Below, one piece after another: positions 1 to 10,786 of a stretch of DNA of 64,000 nucleotides (positions are counted from its first letter, which is position 1; each line of letters opens with the position of its first letter). The notes beneath the pieces were generated by a model. The model was given only the letters and a program-made list of their open reading frames with translations. It had not been told where the DNA came from and did not search any database. The stretch is taken from positions 5,703 through 69,702 of the IMG/VR virus record IMGVR_UViG_2579778842_000017; one strand, written 5' to 3'. A program made the translations under genes and the position numbers. Source of the DNA: a virus. Its lineage: Duplodnaviria; Heunggongvirae; Uroviricota; Caudoviricetes.

Positions 1-147
1 TCCGAGATCGTCATGATTTTGCAAGCCGCGATTGATGAAGATAGGTCGCCAAAGTCAGTTGAGTCATTTGCTCAGCAAGAAGCTGACAAATTCAAAGAGG
101 CGCTGCTGGAGACGCTGAAAACCATGTATGGTAAGGATGATAAATAA
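1..147 (+). CDS. 3' end of unknown gene (partial), translationally coupled to downstream gene
   Basis: In-frame ORF running off the window start, ends ...TMYGKDDK; stop TAA at 145-147 overlaps ATG at 147 (TAATG). Confidence 0.35.
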   Translation, partial: SEIVMILQAAIDEDRSPKSVESFAQQEADKFKEALLETLKTMYGKDDK

Positions 148-683
148 TGCTGCACACAATTCATTTCTTATGCCCCGTTAACACCGCCACTGTTGGGCAA
201 CTTCAGAACCACTGTCTCACCGCATTATCTCAAGGCGCAACTGAATTAAATATCCATATATCAAGTCAGGGAGGGGAAACTGCCGCTGGCTTTACTGCGT
301 ATAACTTTCTTAAGTCACTCCCTGTTACCGTTAGAACTCACAACATAAGCAATGTTGAATCCATAGCTAATATCGTTTTCCTGGCTGGCTCAGAACGTTT
401 CGCAAACCCATTATCAAGATTCCTGTTACATCCTCTATTATGGGGCTTTGCCACCCCAGCCGCCGACCATGCCAGATTGAGAGAGTACGGGAAATGCCTC
501 GATAACGATCTTGATCGCTTCGTTGAGACGTTCAATATCGACATCGGAACCCATATTAGGTGGGCATCCCTGATAGCAGACTCGACCATTTTGGATGCTA
601 ACAAGGCTCTTGAGCATGGCATAATTAATTCCATAAAAACTGCAAGGCTGGTATCCAATCAGGCAAACTGGTGGGTTGTTTGA
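147..683 (+). CDS. ClpP-like serine peptidase (ClpP/crotonase fold)
   Basis: 178 aa; by-eye alignment to the ClpP core: ISSQGGETAAG ~ INSPGGVITAG, VESIA ~ AASMG (Ser), LLHP ~ MIHQP (His). Confidence 0.55.
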   Translation: MLHTIHFLCPVNTATVGQLQNHCLTALSQGATELNIHISSQGGETAAGFTAYNFLKSLPVTVRTHNISNVESIANIVFLAGSERFANPLSRFLLHPLLWGFATPAADHARLREYGKCLDNDLDRFVETFNIDIGTHIRWASLIADSTILDANKALEHGIINSIKTARLVSNQANWWVV

Positions 684-708
684 TGGGTAAATCATGATTA
701 CTCCTTAT

Positions 709-735
709 AAAAAACCCACCTGACGGTGGGTTTTA
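709..735. terminator. bidirectional intrinsic terminator between convergent genes
   Basis: A-run, 10-bp stem AAAACCCACC/GGTGGGTTTT with loop TGAC, T-run; sits between 683 and 736. Confidence 0.6.
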
Positions 736-1158
736 TTAGTGCTTGTATAGCTTGAACTCCCTGTCGAGCCATAAGACATAAAAAGTGGCTCCTATCTTAT
801 AACCAACCATAGGTGCCTTAGAGCAAAATCTGAACGCAATGAAATCCACATCTTGAGTAACATGCTTAGGAATCGGAGCTTTTATCGCGTTTCTGGCAAT
901 TTTTTCCGTCCCAAGCCCGTGTTTATCAGATTTTCGTATCTCATCCCATGACATCCGACTTAACCTGAACAGCCTATCTGCAAATGCTGCCTTTTCATGC
1001 TTTTGGCAGCAATCTAGGCAATACCCCTTTTGTAGGTATCTAAGAGAAAATACAGGCGGACTTTTGTCTACATCATGAGATTCGTGATGGATAGAGAGGC
1101 CAACAGTAGCAGAGCTCTCTTTATCCCTCTGTTTTATTCTTCCCTTAACTCTAGACAT
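736..1158 (-). CDS. putative toxin partner of the Panacea protein (family not recognised)
   Basis: 140 aa basic protein starting 5 nt downstream of the DUF4065 gene in the same operon. Confidence 0.4.
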   Translation of the reverse strand: MSRVKGRIKQRDKESSATVGLSIHHESHDVDKSPPVFSLRYLQKGYCLDCCQKHEKAAFADRLFRLSRMSWDEIRKSDKHGLGTEKIARNAIKAPIPKHVTQDVDFIAFRFCSKAPMVGYKIGATFYVLWLDREFKLYKH

Positions 1159-1163
1159 ACACG

Positions 1164-1613
1164 TCAGTTAATTAACGTTTTGAAAAAACCTTTCATAGAA
1201 TCAAGTGTGATTTCTTGGCTAACCGCACCCTCAATGTAAGCATCTTTCCATGGCTGCTCTTCGTGAGTCATATTGCGCAGTTTCCAGGCAGAAAACTGAC
1301 CATAAACTTTATACACCTCATCCAGCAATTCAATTTCATCTTCACTGAATTTTTTAGCGTCAAAGTTTTCTGGCGCAGGTAAAGCTCCGTTACCACAGTC
1401 CCTATATTTACGATACAATTCAGGAACTACTGGCCCATGCATCCAGGCTTCAATTTTCTCATTAAATAGCGGCTTACCCAGAAGAACCAGAGAAAACCCT
1501 TGGGCATAATACGTCAACTTCTGAATTTTTAGGTTAGAGATAATGTCGCCACTTTCTTCATCGCAATGCGCCAAGAAGTAGTCGGCGACATCAAAACAAG
1601 TGAGCATAAACAT
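1164..1613 (-). CDS. Panacea (DUF4065) domain protein, putative antitoxin
   Basis: 149 aa; motifs KIQKLTYYAQGF and EAWMHGPVVPELY that I recall as typical of DUF4065/PanA. Confidence 0.6.
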   Translation of the reverse strand: MFMLTCFDVADYFLAHCDEESGDIISNLKIQKLTYYAQGFSLVLLGKPLFNEKIEAWMHGPVVPELYRKYRDCGNGALPAPENFDAKKFSEDEIELLDEVYKVYGQFSAWKLRNMTHEEQPWKDAYIEGAVSQEITLDSMKGFFKTLIN

Positions 1614-1770
1614 ACCTCCATCTTGATAGCCGCAGCTATGTATACAACTGTGTCAAGTTGCATTTAATACCATAACAAAGCTGTCATCAATCCTTCAGAG
1701 GCTAACTTACAACCACTTTATCGACACGTTTAAATCATTACATTTCACATTTACTGCATTTTCGCCGAAG

Positions 1771-1785
1771 TTACCTATAAGGTAA
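1771..1785. promoter_or_regulatory. operator-like palindrome TTACC-TATAA-GGTAA (site 1 of 5)
   Basis: Exact TTACC-N5-GGTAA in the divergent intergenic region upstream of the Panacea operon; followed by ATGTCAC half-site. Confidence 0.4.
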
Positions 1786-1981
1786 TGTCACATTTCCTGC
1801 AAGTTTCATGCAATGTTGAAAAGTGAGCTATTCACTTTTCTATGACACCAAACACCAAAAATAGCACTTTTTGCTAAATCATTCGCCCAAGTTGTGGATG
1901 GTTTGTCGTTGACACGTTTTCACACACCACTCCACCAATAAAGTATCATCTGGTATCCTGCTCAAAACTAAGGAGGTTGGT

Positions 1982-2170
1982 GTGAAGAAAAAATTTGTAA
2001 ACGTTGCAAAGTGCGCAATTTTTATATTTTTTATGACCTTTTACGGATTTAGTGCCGGAGAAGGTTTCGATCGTGATGCCAATGCATTCAGTTTCTTTTG
2101 TCTGTCTATAGTGGTCATAATTGTATGGGTGGAATTAAAGCAAACATTGTTTCATGTGCTAGGGAAATAA
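1982..2170 (+). CDS. small hydrophobic protein (likely 2 TM segments)
   Basis: 62 aa; GTG start 5 nt after a perfect AAGGAGG ribosome-binding site. Confidence 0.45.
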   Translation: MKKKFVNVAKCAIFIFFMTFYGFSAGEGFDRDANAFSFFCLSIVVIIVWVELKQTLFHVLGK

Positions 2171-2187
2171 CCATCCATGGCATTTAG

Positions 2188-4053
2188 TCACTGCTGTGTT
2201 GCCTCAGTGGCAAGCAGCGGTCTGATGGCATTTGCAGCGTTACTTAATGCTCTTTCATAGGCTGGCGTTCCTGCTTTGGTGTTTGCCAGACGTAAGAGCG
2301 CATTCCTGGCCATAGGGCTTTCATAAACCCTCGACATAAGGCCAATCCCTGTTTCCCCAGCCAATAGCGCGCCTCCGGTTTTTAGGTTACCAATAACCCT
2401 TACCAAAGGCGCGAGTGTCATGCCAGTCTTCGTCACAACATTAGCCTCAGATGCTCTTTTGGTAGCATCGAGAATAGATAACATCCCCTCTATCTCTTTT
2501 CCGTTCTTCCCACCAAATACAGTTTTAAACACCTGACCATTTGCTTGTTTTTGCAGCTTGCCAAGCTCGGTCATCATTTTCTGAGGGCTGTCACCTACCT
2601 TGTCAGCTATTTTGCTGATATATGCCGCCCTTAGCATGTCTTTACCTTTTTGATCGAGTTTCCCGTACAATCGAGCTATATCTGACCCATATTGTCCATA
2701 CACAATGGTATTTACAGCCTCGGGAGTTAAATCTCCTTTGTTTAGAACGTTTTTAAGGCGCGTTTGAGTTGCATGTGTTGCCATTTTTGCATAATCAGCT
2801 TTTCCCGCTCTCCATGCTGAAGCATCTTTTGGGCTAAGTCCTTTCGCTATAGATTTACTAAGGCTATTGGTTAGCGAGTTATAGACCCTGTCGACCATTG
2901 TTTGCGACATTGATGGCAGAACTGTACGATCGCCTTTTACGTCAATGCGGAACTGAGTTCTCAGCTTATCAAGTAACTCAAAGGCATCATCTCCATTTGT
3001 TATCTCCTGAATGGCATTCTTATAATCATTAAGCGCAGAAATGGTCTGGGTGTCAGAAACACCTTTAAGTTTCCCAAGTTCGTTTACTGCTCCGTCGATA
3101 GCTCTTATGGCGCCACTTGTATCAACTGGCTTTCCAACCATTCTTCCTGACAGGCTGTTTAGTTTTGACTTGGCTAACGATTTTTCCCTTGCAACGCCTG
3201 ACTTTAGACTATCAACGACTACAGATGGATCGTAGTCGCCGTATTTTTCGGTGAAGCGATTAACAAGCTTGGTTCTGGCATCCTGCTGTGCGGCTCTCAT
3301 TGGTCCAGTACCAGCTATGACTCCTTCTGAGTAACCCTGCAGTTGATTGCCAAGTTTTGTTTTTGGAGGAACTACATCCGATGTCATAACTGGTACATCT
3401 GCCGCAGCGGCACGCTTGAGCAATTGCTGATCTGCTGGTGATATTTCGCCACGAACAGCAGTAATTCCACGCCCTATTCCCTTTGCTGCTGCGGAAAGAA
3501 CCCCCTGAGCGGCAAGGTTAACTCCTGCATTTTTAGCTGCATTTTGTGCGAAATCGCCTTTCTGATTTGCGGCCTCTGCCAGTGATCCAATAGCCATGCT
3601 TCCTGCCGTTCCAACTCCTGGAACTAAATACCCGCCAATTGTTTCTCCAGCTTGCGCATAAGGGTCTGTTGGTCGATCTACTGGACGATAGACATCGTCC
3701 AAAACCTTGGGGCCACCAAGCCCCTGGCTGATTGCATTAATCAGGCTTGCGCCACCCTGCAATACGTCAAATGGTATGTTTACCAGACCACGACCAGCCT
3801 GCTCTGCAATTTGCCCTGCACTTTGACCACCAGTGAGCCAATCGCCAGCTTGTTGCATCAATGATGGTTCTTCTTTCTGCTGCTGAGGCGGAGGGTATGC
3901 TGCATAAAACTGATCTCTTGCTTCAGCCCATTTGTCACCAGCCTTAGGGGCAACAACCTCATCAAAATATTGCGCTTGAGCCTGTGCTTTCTGTTCTTCA
4001 GTTAACGCCTGATACTGTGGAGAGGCGATAACATCTTTCCATGCTTTAGCCAT
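2188..4053 (-). CDS. ejection (injection) protein, P22 gp16-like
   Basis: 621 aa, last gene of a P22-order late operon (3-2-1-8-5-4-10-26-14-7-20-16); size matches gp16 (~609 aa). Confidence 0.6.
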   Translation of the reverse strand: MAKAWKDVIASPQYQALTEEQKAQAQAQYFDEVVAPKAGDKWAEARDQFYAAYPPPQQQKEEPSLMQQAGDWLTGGQSAGQIAEQAGRGLVNIPFDVLQGGASLINAISQGLGGPKVLDDVYRPVDRPTDPYAQAGETIGGYLVPGVGTAGSMAIGSLAEAANQKGDFAQNAAKNAGVNLAAQGVLSAAAKGIGRGITAVRGEISPADQQLLKRAAAADVPVMTSDVVPPKTKLGNQLQGYSEGVIAGTGPMRAAQQDARTKLVNRFTEKYGDYDPSVVVDSLKSGVAREKSLAKSKLNSLSGRMVGKPVDTSGAIRAIDGAVNELGKLKGVSDTQTISALNDYKNAIQEITNGDDAFELLDKLRTQFRIDVKGDRTVLPSMSQTMVDRVYNSLTNSLSKSIAKGLSPKDASAWRAGKADYAKMATHATQTRLKNVLNKGDLTPEAVNTIVYGQYGSDIARLYGKLDQKGKDMLRAAYISKIADKVGDSPQKMMTELGKLQKQANGQVFKTVFGGKNGKEIEGMLSILDATKRASEANVVTKTGMTLAPLVRVIGNLKTGGALLAGETGIGLMSRVYESPMARNALLRLANTKAGTPAYERALSNAANAIRPLLATEATQQ

Positions 4054-5447
4054 TAATCACCCCATAGTGAAGAAAAGTTACTGCTGGCTGCTGGCTGTGA
4101 TACCTGTGTAGGTTGAGATTGCTGCCGCTGAGATTTACCAACATTAACGTTATATTGTTGGTTGTAATTGTTGGTGTATTCCTGAATCTCACGAATCGAC
4201 TGCTGCATAGCCTCCGGGCTTGAATAGTCAACCTGCGGCATCCCCTGAAAATACATCTTCGCTTCTGCAACGGTGTTAATACCACTGGCACCCATATCCC
4301 TTGCTGCCGCCACACCCTGATTCTGCATTCTGCCCTGAATACGTTGTGCTGAGTTATATAACTGGCGCTGCTCTTTTCCTGTTAATCGGCTGCGAACATC
4401 AGCACCAATTGCTGGATTACCTGCACCGCCTGTCATTCCTGTCATGAAATCGAGAGCAGAAGCGTCTGCATTTGCGATCGCGTCGATATCCTTCTTCATG
4501 GCATAGTTTTGTGCTGATGCAGACGATGTTGCAGGCGCTGCGATTGAACTGGCAGGAACGCGAACCATATTCCCCTCGTTGTCGATGCCTTCGTAGAACG
4601 CATTAGCCCCAGCGCCGTGAAGCTTCCCACCTACCGTTACAGTTCTGCCATCTGATAACTGAACTGTACGCTTATCATTCCCAGCGATTCCTCTTGTTGA
4701 CGCTCGCTGCATTGCCAAATCCTGACCTCGTCGCGCAGTAGAAGCAGATAAGTCCTGACCGCGCATCGTGATGTTCTGACCTCGTGCTGTTAGCGCCTCT
4801 CCAGCCTGATTGCTGCGGATTGTCTCTGCCAGCCTGCCTCGGTCAATTTCACGACCAGCCATCTTGTCCTGAACATTGAAGTAATCAATCGGACCAAGAG
4901 CAGCCATTCCAAGGTGATCAACAAACTCTGTGAAACCTTGTGGATTTTGCTGATACATTTTCGCCACATCCAGAGGGTCTACTCCGGCACGAGTAAGCTC
5001 AGATGAGTTGTTCTGCAACCATGACATCATGGCTTCTGGAGATGAAGCTGCCAGTCTGGCACTTGCTGCCAGTGTGCCGACAGTGGAACGCTGGTCTTCA
5101 TCGACAAATTTCATGCCGTTTCTTACAGCGTCAAACTGCTCAGGATACTGTGATGCCAGTTTTCGCATTGCATCGCGGTCACCAGATGTATATGCATCAG
5201 CATAAGCCTGCTGAAACTCTTGCTGTCGCTTCTGCTGATCCATCTGCTTATACATATCCATGACAGATGAAATGCCCTGCAAAGCCTGCAAGCCAACGTT
5301 ATTACGTCCTGAACGCTCCATCTCGTTATTCTGTCGAATGTATGCAAGCGTGGCGTCTGCATCACTTGCTCTTGGAGCGTTGGAGTTCATGCCGCCTAAC
5401 CCGGCAAGAAGCGCGCCTGAATTACCAGCCTGTTGCCATGTAGCCAA
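4053..5447 (-). CDS. ejection protein, P22 gp20-like
   Basis: 464 aa, position and size match gp20 (~471 aa). Confidence 0.6.
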   Translation of the reverse strand: MATWQQAGNSGALLAGLGGMNSNAPRASDADATLAYIRQNNEMERSGRNNVGLQALQGISSVMDMYKQMDQQKRQQEFQQAYADAYTSGDRDAMRKLASQYPEQFDAVRNGMKFVDEDQRSTVGTLAASARLAASSPEAMMSWLQNNSSELTRAGVDPLDVAKMYQQNPQGFTEFVDHLGMAALGPIDYFNVQDKMAGREIDRGRLAETIRSNQAGEALTARGQNITMRGQDLSASTARRGQDLAMQRASTRGIAGNDKRTVQLSDGRTVTVGGKLHGAGANAFYEGIDNEGNMVRVPASSIAAPATSSASAQNYAMKKDIDAIANADASALDFMTGMTGGAGNPAIGADVRSRLTGKEQRQLYNSAQRIQGRMQNQGVAAARDMGASGINTVAEAKMYFQGMPQVDYSSPEAMQQSIREIQEYTNNYNQQYNVNVGKSQRQQSQPTQVSQPAASSNFSSLWGD

Positions 5448-5459
5448 GAGACACCTCCA

Positions 5460-6113
5460 TTAAAAAAGTGAACCAAGAAGACCGACGCCAGCACCAATTG
5501 CTGTACCCCAACCAGGCATGATTGCAGTACCTGCAGCTGCACCTGCTGCCGCTCCACCCAAGGCGCTCTGAAATCCTGATGGTTTATTCGCATTAGCCGC
5601 AGATGCTGCCGCCTGCTGTTGATACAATTGGCTGACGTTGTTGGCATAGTTCTGCCCGGCGTTTGCCTGACCTGTAAGAGCGCCAAGGCCGATATTTGCC
5701 AGATTGTTGTAGTTGTTCATCTGACCTGACAGCCAGTTTTGACCGAGTGTAGGTGCGATTGCTGCTAACTGGTTTCCTGTTGCTGTAGAGCCTAATCCAC
5801 CCGTTGCCTCTGCTGCTGCCAGACTCTGGTAACGCGCCTGCCCTGCAAGGTCTTTGTACTGCTGGGAGTTGTAATACTGGTTAAGCGCCTGACCTTGCCC
5901 CTGAAGAGAGGAAAGATTTTGCAACTGTGATACGTACTGCTGAGCGAGTGGCGTGAACGGTGCAAGGTTCTGCATGTTCGTCTGCCACATTTCACGCTGC
6001 AGTTCGATACCTTTTTCAGTTGCGCGTGCCTGGGCTTTTGAACCGCCATCACTGCCACCTTTGCAGTAAACAGCTTTGCTGAGGTGCTTATTGGCAATCT
6101 GGAAAATTAACAT
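5460..6113 (-). CDS. ejection protein, P22 gp7-like
   Basis: 217 aa, Gln/Ala/Gly-rich, position and size match gp7 (~229 aa). Confidence 0.6.
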   Translation of the reverse strand: MLIFQIANKHLSKAVYCKGGSDGGSKAQARATEKGIELQREMWQTNMQNLAPFTPLAQQYVSQLQNLSSLQGQGQALNQYYNSQQYKDLAGQARYQSLAAAEATGGLGSTATGNQLAAIAPTLGQNWLSGQMNNYNNLANIGLGALTGQANAGQNYANNVSQLYQQQAAASAANANKPSGFQSALGGAAAGAAAGTAIMPGWGTAIGAGVGLLGSLF

Positions 6114-6570
6114 TCTTTAGCTCCTCGTATTTTGAGCGCGGTAACTGATAAATCGTGATGCCTACAGGCTTTCCATTGCTGGTATAAGCATCATCAAGGT
6201 GACCAACACGGGTAGCGCCAAGCAAACGGATAATTGCCCGTCCGTATTTCGTTGTGTCAGGAACCATGGTGATGCTGTTAAGGAATGGTGAGTTTTCGAG
6301 AAGCCATTTGCAGAATAATCGATGCCCTTGCAGTGCATATTCACCACGGAATCCGGGGTCGTACACCGCATGGCATTCAACAACGCTATGCCAGAAGTTA
6401 CGCACTTCATGAACGCCAGCCAGCACTAATCCTTCGTAGATGCCGAGGTATACCGCATCAGGCTTGATGTAGTATTTATCTCCACTGTCTACGATATTTC
6501 CTGTGTTTGCCGGGTTGTTGAGGAATTCTGCAAGCTTCACCGGATTATCGATGAGCTTTATTTCCATCAC
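6088..6570 (-). CDS. P22 gp14-like head/tail-associated protein
   Basis: 160 aa, synteny between tail needle and gp7-like gene. Confidence 0.45.
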   Translation of the reverse strand: MMEIKLIDNPVKLAEFLNNPANTGNIVDSGDKYYIKPDAVYLGIYEGLVLAGVHEVRNFWHSVVECHAVYDPGFRGEYALQGHRLFCKWLLENSPFLNSITMVPDTTKYGRAIIRLLGATRVGHLDDAYTSNGKPVGITIYQLPRSKYEELKNVNFPDCQ

Positions 6571-7415
6571 TGCTCCGCAATGATTTTGATGGTTGTGGCA
6601 GTAAACGACGCACCATTCGACTGAATGGTTAACGTGCTGCCATTTGTGGCAAGAAAGCCGTCTTTATCAACGCTAAAGAACGTAGCTAACAGGATGTTAT
6701 CGGTTGTTGTCGCAGAGTTACGACTGCTTACCAGTGTGTCAGGAACAGAACCGGAAAATGTTAGCTGCATTGACCTGTTGGCGGTTCCGCTGGGCCACGT
6801 CCCGACGATCGACAGCTTGAAGAACAAGGTTTTGTTCTCGTTGAACACAACCATCTTGTTGTTAACGGTGTCGAAGAATGGTGCCAACGTGCCGGATGAC
6901 GGCGTGAGAGTTTTCAGTAGGCTAACAAGGTTGGTCGGCGCTGTCGGGATGGTTACAGATACGCCAGAGTAAACAACCTCCGACTTCTTGCGAGTAGTGG
7001 CATACTCCAGAGCATCGATGCGCGTTTCATGGTCTGAAACCTGCGACTCCAGCGACTGAACTCTTGTGTCAAGCGACGAAATATCGCTTTCATTCTGAGC
7101 TATTCGTGTTTCATGGTCCTGAAGAGTTGATTCTGCCTGGCTGATTCGCTCCTCATGATTAACAAGCGTTGCTTCCGCAGCAGAAATTCGCTGCTCATGG
7201 TCAGCGAGAATCACATCCTGCTCATCGTTCCTGACCTGTGCATCATAAGCGCCCTGTCCGGCCTCGTTGGCCTTGTTAGCCACGTTACCAACATCAGTGC
7301 CCTGTGCGATAACGTAAAGCAGATACGACTGCGAGAAGATATTGCGTGGAAGGATTGATGTATCGAGCCGCGTAGCCTGCACAATAACAGGGGTGTTGAG
7401 ATTCGAATCAGCCAT
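6567..7415 (-). CDS. tail needle protein (P22 gp26-like) with C-terminal knob
   Basis: 282 aa; N-terminal heptad repeats ([13 protein letters not shown] / [13 protein letters not shown] / [13 protein letters not shown]) typical of the trimeric needle; longer C-terminus as in Sf6-type needles. Confidence 0.75.
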   Translation of the reverse strand: MADSNLNTPVIVQATRLDTSILPRNIFSQSYLLYVIAQGTDVGNVANKANEAGQGAYDAQVRNDEQDVILADHEQRISAAEATLVNHEERISQAESTLQDHETRIAQNESDISSLDTRVQSLESQVSDHETRIDALEYATTRKKSEVVYSGVSVTIPTAPTNLVSLLKTLTPSSGTLAPFFDTVNNKMVVFNENKTLFFKLSIVGTWPSGTANRSMQLTFSGSVPDTLVSSRNSATTTDNILLATFFSVDKDGFLATNGSTLTIQSNGASFTATTIKIIAEQ

Positions 7416-8833
7416 TACTCGATCCTTATCTGGCAGCCTGACAGAGTGACAGGTGACTTAGTGATAACGCGCAATTTGAAGCCGACATTTTTCCTGATGC
7501 GCCCGACACGCTTCCACAAAACACGTTTGTCGTAAATGAACGGTTCATTCTGCTCAATCATCTGCTCACGTCCGTAATTGATGCCGTCAGTGGTTGCAGA
7601 GAGAAAAAGGCGGTCAGCATACTGCGCAACGCCAGTTGACGACTCAACTTCAAGGTCGAAAACTCTGGCGTTATCCGCTTTGAACAGTGGAGTAAACAGC
7701 AGGTGTTCTTGCTGTAGCCCATACTGGCTGCTGATGTCGAACTGCAATTTGCCGGTAACCGATTCCAGCTTATCTCCGCACGTTATCTGATTGCCTTCGT
7801 AAATGAAGTCAATAGCGCGGTACACATCGTCATACAGGCCTGTTTTCAGCACACACCATTGCGGACCATTGGCGCTTGAAGATGCGTCGTACACGAGAAC
7901 ATGGCGCGGAAGGTGGATAATCAGCAACTCATGCGCATCAAACCGCAGCGATTCCATCACGCCATCAGCCAGTTCATCAGCAGTGTAGGAGCGTAGTATT
8001 TTCTCAATGCTCGCGCTGGCGATTGGTGATACCTGACCGGAGCCGATGATATACACAGACGGCGCACCTGTTGCCGGATTGCTGATAAACGCATAGGAAT
8101 CAGCAAACGGCGTTTTGCAGTAAGTTCCGGCGATGCCTTTTTGCACCATCAGCGATGGCTGTGCGACATATAAAGCGGCACCAACAGTGGTTGCGCCCGT
8201 CAGGGAGAAATATTCAATCGTCGATGAACCAAAGCAGACGATGAAGTCTCGCCATGTTCCGATGCCGATGATACCGTCCGGCTGCGATTCTGCGCGATAT
8301 TGTGCGCTGTAACGGTCAGGATGTGATTCGTCTTCAAGGTCAGTGATAAACCATGAATCAGTTCCGTCTTTTGACCACGCATAACGCCCACGTAAGCGCG
8401 TAATGTCGCGAACTGAACCTAACTCATACTGCGTGAATCCGCTGTCCGCAGGCCAGTTTGAGACGGTTTTAACCGTGCCATCATAGCGATACTCGACCAG
8501 TTGACCATTAACGCCTACAGCCTGAGATGTCCGACCATGCGCCATTGATACACGACCACTTCCGGCAACATCACCGACTTCGCTTTCGCCTTTGTAGAGC
8601 TTTCCACCACACACGCGATAAACAGCATTCTGCGCCATGTTGTACTCGACGCCGCGCGATATACCGTTCACATCAGAACGTTTTGCAATGCCCGGGAATG
8701 AGCGAAGATATCCGCTGCTGTTCAGGATTTCTTTGGGTGTAGCCAGCATATTCACTGGCAGATAGTCGATATAGTCGGCATTTCGGAAGTCTTTGCCGAC
8801 ACCTTTCATAAGCGGAAGTTGCTGAATCGGCAT
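7415..8833 (-). CDS. tail accessory/head completion protein, P22 gp10-like
   Basis: 472 aa, same length as P22 gp10, in expected position. Confidence 0.65.
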   Translation of the reverse strand: MPIQQLPLMKGVGKDFRNADYIDYLPVNMLATPKEILNSSGYLRSFPGIAKRSDVNGISRGVEYNMAQNAVYRVCGGKLYKGESEVGDVAGSGRVSMAHGRTSQAVGVNGQLVEYRYDGTVKTVSNWPADSGFTQYELGSVRDITRLRGRYAWSKDGTDSWFITDLEDESHPDRYSAQYRAESQPDGIIGIGTWRDFIVCFGSSTIEYFSLTGATTVGAALYVAQPSLMVQKGIAGTYCKTPFADSYAFISNPATGAPSVYIIGSGQVSPIASASIEKILRSYTADELADGVMESLRFDAHELLIIHLPRHVLVYDASSSANGPQWCVLKTGLYDDVYRAIDFIYEGNQITCGDKLESVTGKLQFDISSQYGLQQEHLLFTPLFKADNARVFDLEVESSTGVAQYADRLFLSATTDGINYGREQMIEQNEPFIYDKRVLWKRVGRIRKNVGFKLRVITKSPVTLSGCQIRIE

Positions 8834-8842
8834 TTATTCACC

Positions 8843-9304
8843 TCACGTACTCGGATCATCTTTCTCGATGTAAAACCGATTCCACGTAAACGCGCTTTTG
8901 TTACCACTACCGCGAGGCATGTCATTTCGTCGCTCAAGTGGTGGTATTTTGGTTAAAGCGATACAGATTGTCTGATATGCACTGTCAGCAGCGGTCAGGA
9001 GAGCATCCGACGGCTGAATGACGTTATCCATGCACACTTGCACAGCGAGCTTCAAAGCGACGCCATCATTTGCCCATGCAGGGATACCTGAATCATCGTC
9101 AGGTAACGGCATGATGCCGTTTTCTGTATCCGCAAACTGATATCCAAGCTCGATACCTTTCGCCTGCCATGCTGCCATCATGTCTTCAAGGTCATTAATG
9201 GCATCTTCAATTGCCTGAGGGTCAGCATCTGTCAACGTGGCATTGGAATACAGCCCGGCTTTTCGTAAAGCCTTTAGAACGAGATCACCCTTCGTTTTCG
9301 CCAT
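8843..9304 (-). CDS. tail accessory protein, P22 gp4-like
   Basis: 153 aa, directly downstream of the coat region as in P22. Confidence 0.6.
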   Translation of the reverse strand: MAKTKGDLVLKALRKAGLYSNATLTDADPQAIEDAINDLEDMMAAWQAKGIELGYQFADTENGIMPLPDDDSGIPAWANDGVALKLAVQVCMDNVIQPSDALLTAADSAYQTICIALTKIPPLERRNDMPRGSGNKSAFTWNRFYIEKDDPST

Positions 9305-9473
9305 CTTCTTCCGCCTTAGCCACTTTTTGCTTCGTTGCGGTTTCTTCAGGAGTTTTTACCCAGCCTTTTTTCAGGTGAGATTTAACTTCTTCGTCATCAA
9401 CAATGATGTAATCGACAGCAAACTGACCACAGGTGATCATGTTGCCCGGCTTATAGAGCATTGTTCGTGCCAT
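9285..9473 (-). CDS. small hypothetical protein
   Basis: 62 aa from internal ATG of track ORF 9285..9512; GGGAGAA ribosome-binding site about 5 nt upstream. Confidence 0.3.
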   Translation of the reverse strand: MARTMLYKPGNMITCGQFAVDYIIVDDEEVKSHLKKGWVKTPEETATKQKVAKAEEDGENEG

Positions 9474-9514
9474 TGTCTTCTCCCAATAAAAATGGGGCCG
9501 AAGCCCCACCAAAA

Positions 9515-10768
9515 TTACTGCCCAGCTATAACGATGCCCGTATATTCAGGAACAAGTACAGAGCAACCGTACAGAGTGGTGAAACGAGCAGTGGTTACGC
9601 CTTTGATGTGGTCGAAGGCGTAAGACATGATCAGCGTAGCGCCCTGCTCGGTGGTTGCTGTCATTACCTGTGGACCCTGACCAGTCGGGAACGCTAGTTT
9701 GCCGTACATCAGCTCAACAGAACCATCAGCCCAGAACAGGTTAGCAGGTGCTGCGTTCTTGTTGAGAATGGTGATTGCTGCTGATTCTGCCGGTTTGGCA
9801 TCGACGTTTGCATATGGACGACTCGCAACATCGGTATTTTCAACAGGGAGAATCTTTGGAGAGATTGTTACGGTAGTTCCGCTAACAGCCAGAACACGGA
9901 ATACCTGCGGTTGCCCGGTGGTATCTTTTGTGATCTGGTGTACGGAATTCACACCGGCAATGGTGAACGCATCACCAACCTGCAAGCCAGATGCAGATAC
10001 CGTAATAGTCCCCTGTCGGTTATCAACTGGCATACCATTTGAATCTTTCGCTTCAACCTTGTGTTCAGGTTGGCCTGATACTGTCAAGGATTCAGCGCTT
10101 CCTTTCGGTAATCGACCAGAAATATCGGTCTTGTAGCTATCAAAGGAAGCAACCGGAGGGATCTGCGCTTTTTCGTATGCTGTCAGGGTTGCGCCCTGAG
10201 CGTAGGCACGGTGACCAAGCTCGCCAGCAAGGTCTTTGTAGTTGAAGGGGTTCCAGAAAGAGCGACGGTTGATACCCTGCGGTACACCAATCGCCGTCAT
10301 GGTGGCATCAATACCTGCCGCACAGTTCCACAAATCACGGCCCTGTGTACCTGTGGTTGAGTCAGACATTGTGATCACGTTAGTAGCACGCTGCGTAACC
10401 ATGGAAATCAGGTCAGAGTCAATCTGTGCAGCAAGGCGCATACCTGCGGCGCGACCAGCTTCAGTTTTATGCTCAGGGTCACGCATTTCACGCGCATCCA
10501 GAGTGTACAGAATGTTTTTCGGCTCCTTGAACACAGAAGGAACAAGGCGCTGAACCAGTGCTGTAGGCGTTTTGCTGCTGAGATCGAGGCCTTCCTCAAT
10601 GTTCATGTGGTAATGCTGCGGACGATACAGAACATCACCTGCTCGCTGCATTGCTGTATCACCGGGACGGAATTTTTTAGCGTTACGGGAAACTACGCAG
10701 GCGGCCTCAAAGCCTTCAACGTAGTTTTCGAACATGATTTCAAGGTTTTTTGCTAATTGGTTAGCCAT
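9515..10768 (-). CDS. major coat protein, P22 gp5-like
   Basis: 417 aa; conserved stretches resemble P22 coat (RVLAVSGTTVTISPK, YANVD, NLFWADGS). Confidence 0.8.
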   Translation of the reverse strand: MANQLAKNLEIMFENYVEGFEAACVVSRNAKKFRPGDTAMQRAGDVLYRPQHYHMNIEEGLDLSSKTPTALVQRLVPSVFKEPKNILYTLDAREMRDPEHKTEAGRAAGMRLAAQIDSDLISMVTQRATNVITMSDSTTGTQGRDLWNCAAGIDATMTAIGVPQGINRRSFWNPFNYKDLAGELGHRAYAQGATLTAYEKAQIPPVASFDSYKTDISGRLPKGSAESLTVSGQPEHKVEAKDSNGMPVDNRQGTITVSASGLQVGDAFTIAGVNSVHQITKDTTGQPQVFRVLAVSGTTVTISPKILPVENTDVASRPYANVDAKPAESAAITILNKNAAPANLFWADGSVELMYGKLAFPTGQGPQVMTATTEQGATLIMSYAFDHIKGVTTARFTTLYGCSVLVPEYTGIVIAGQ

Positions 10769-10786
10769 GCTTAATGCTCCGATAGG

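Noticed and set aside
338-695. Antisense ORFs inside the ClpP-like gene
   Set aside because: Fully overlapped by a gene with a clear fold-level match; no independent support.
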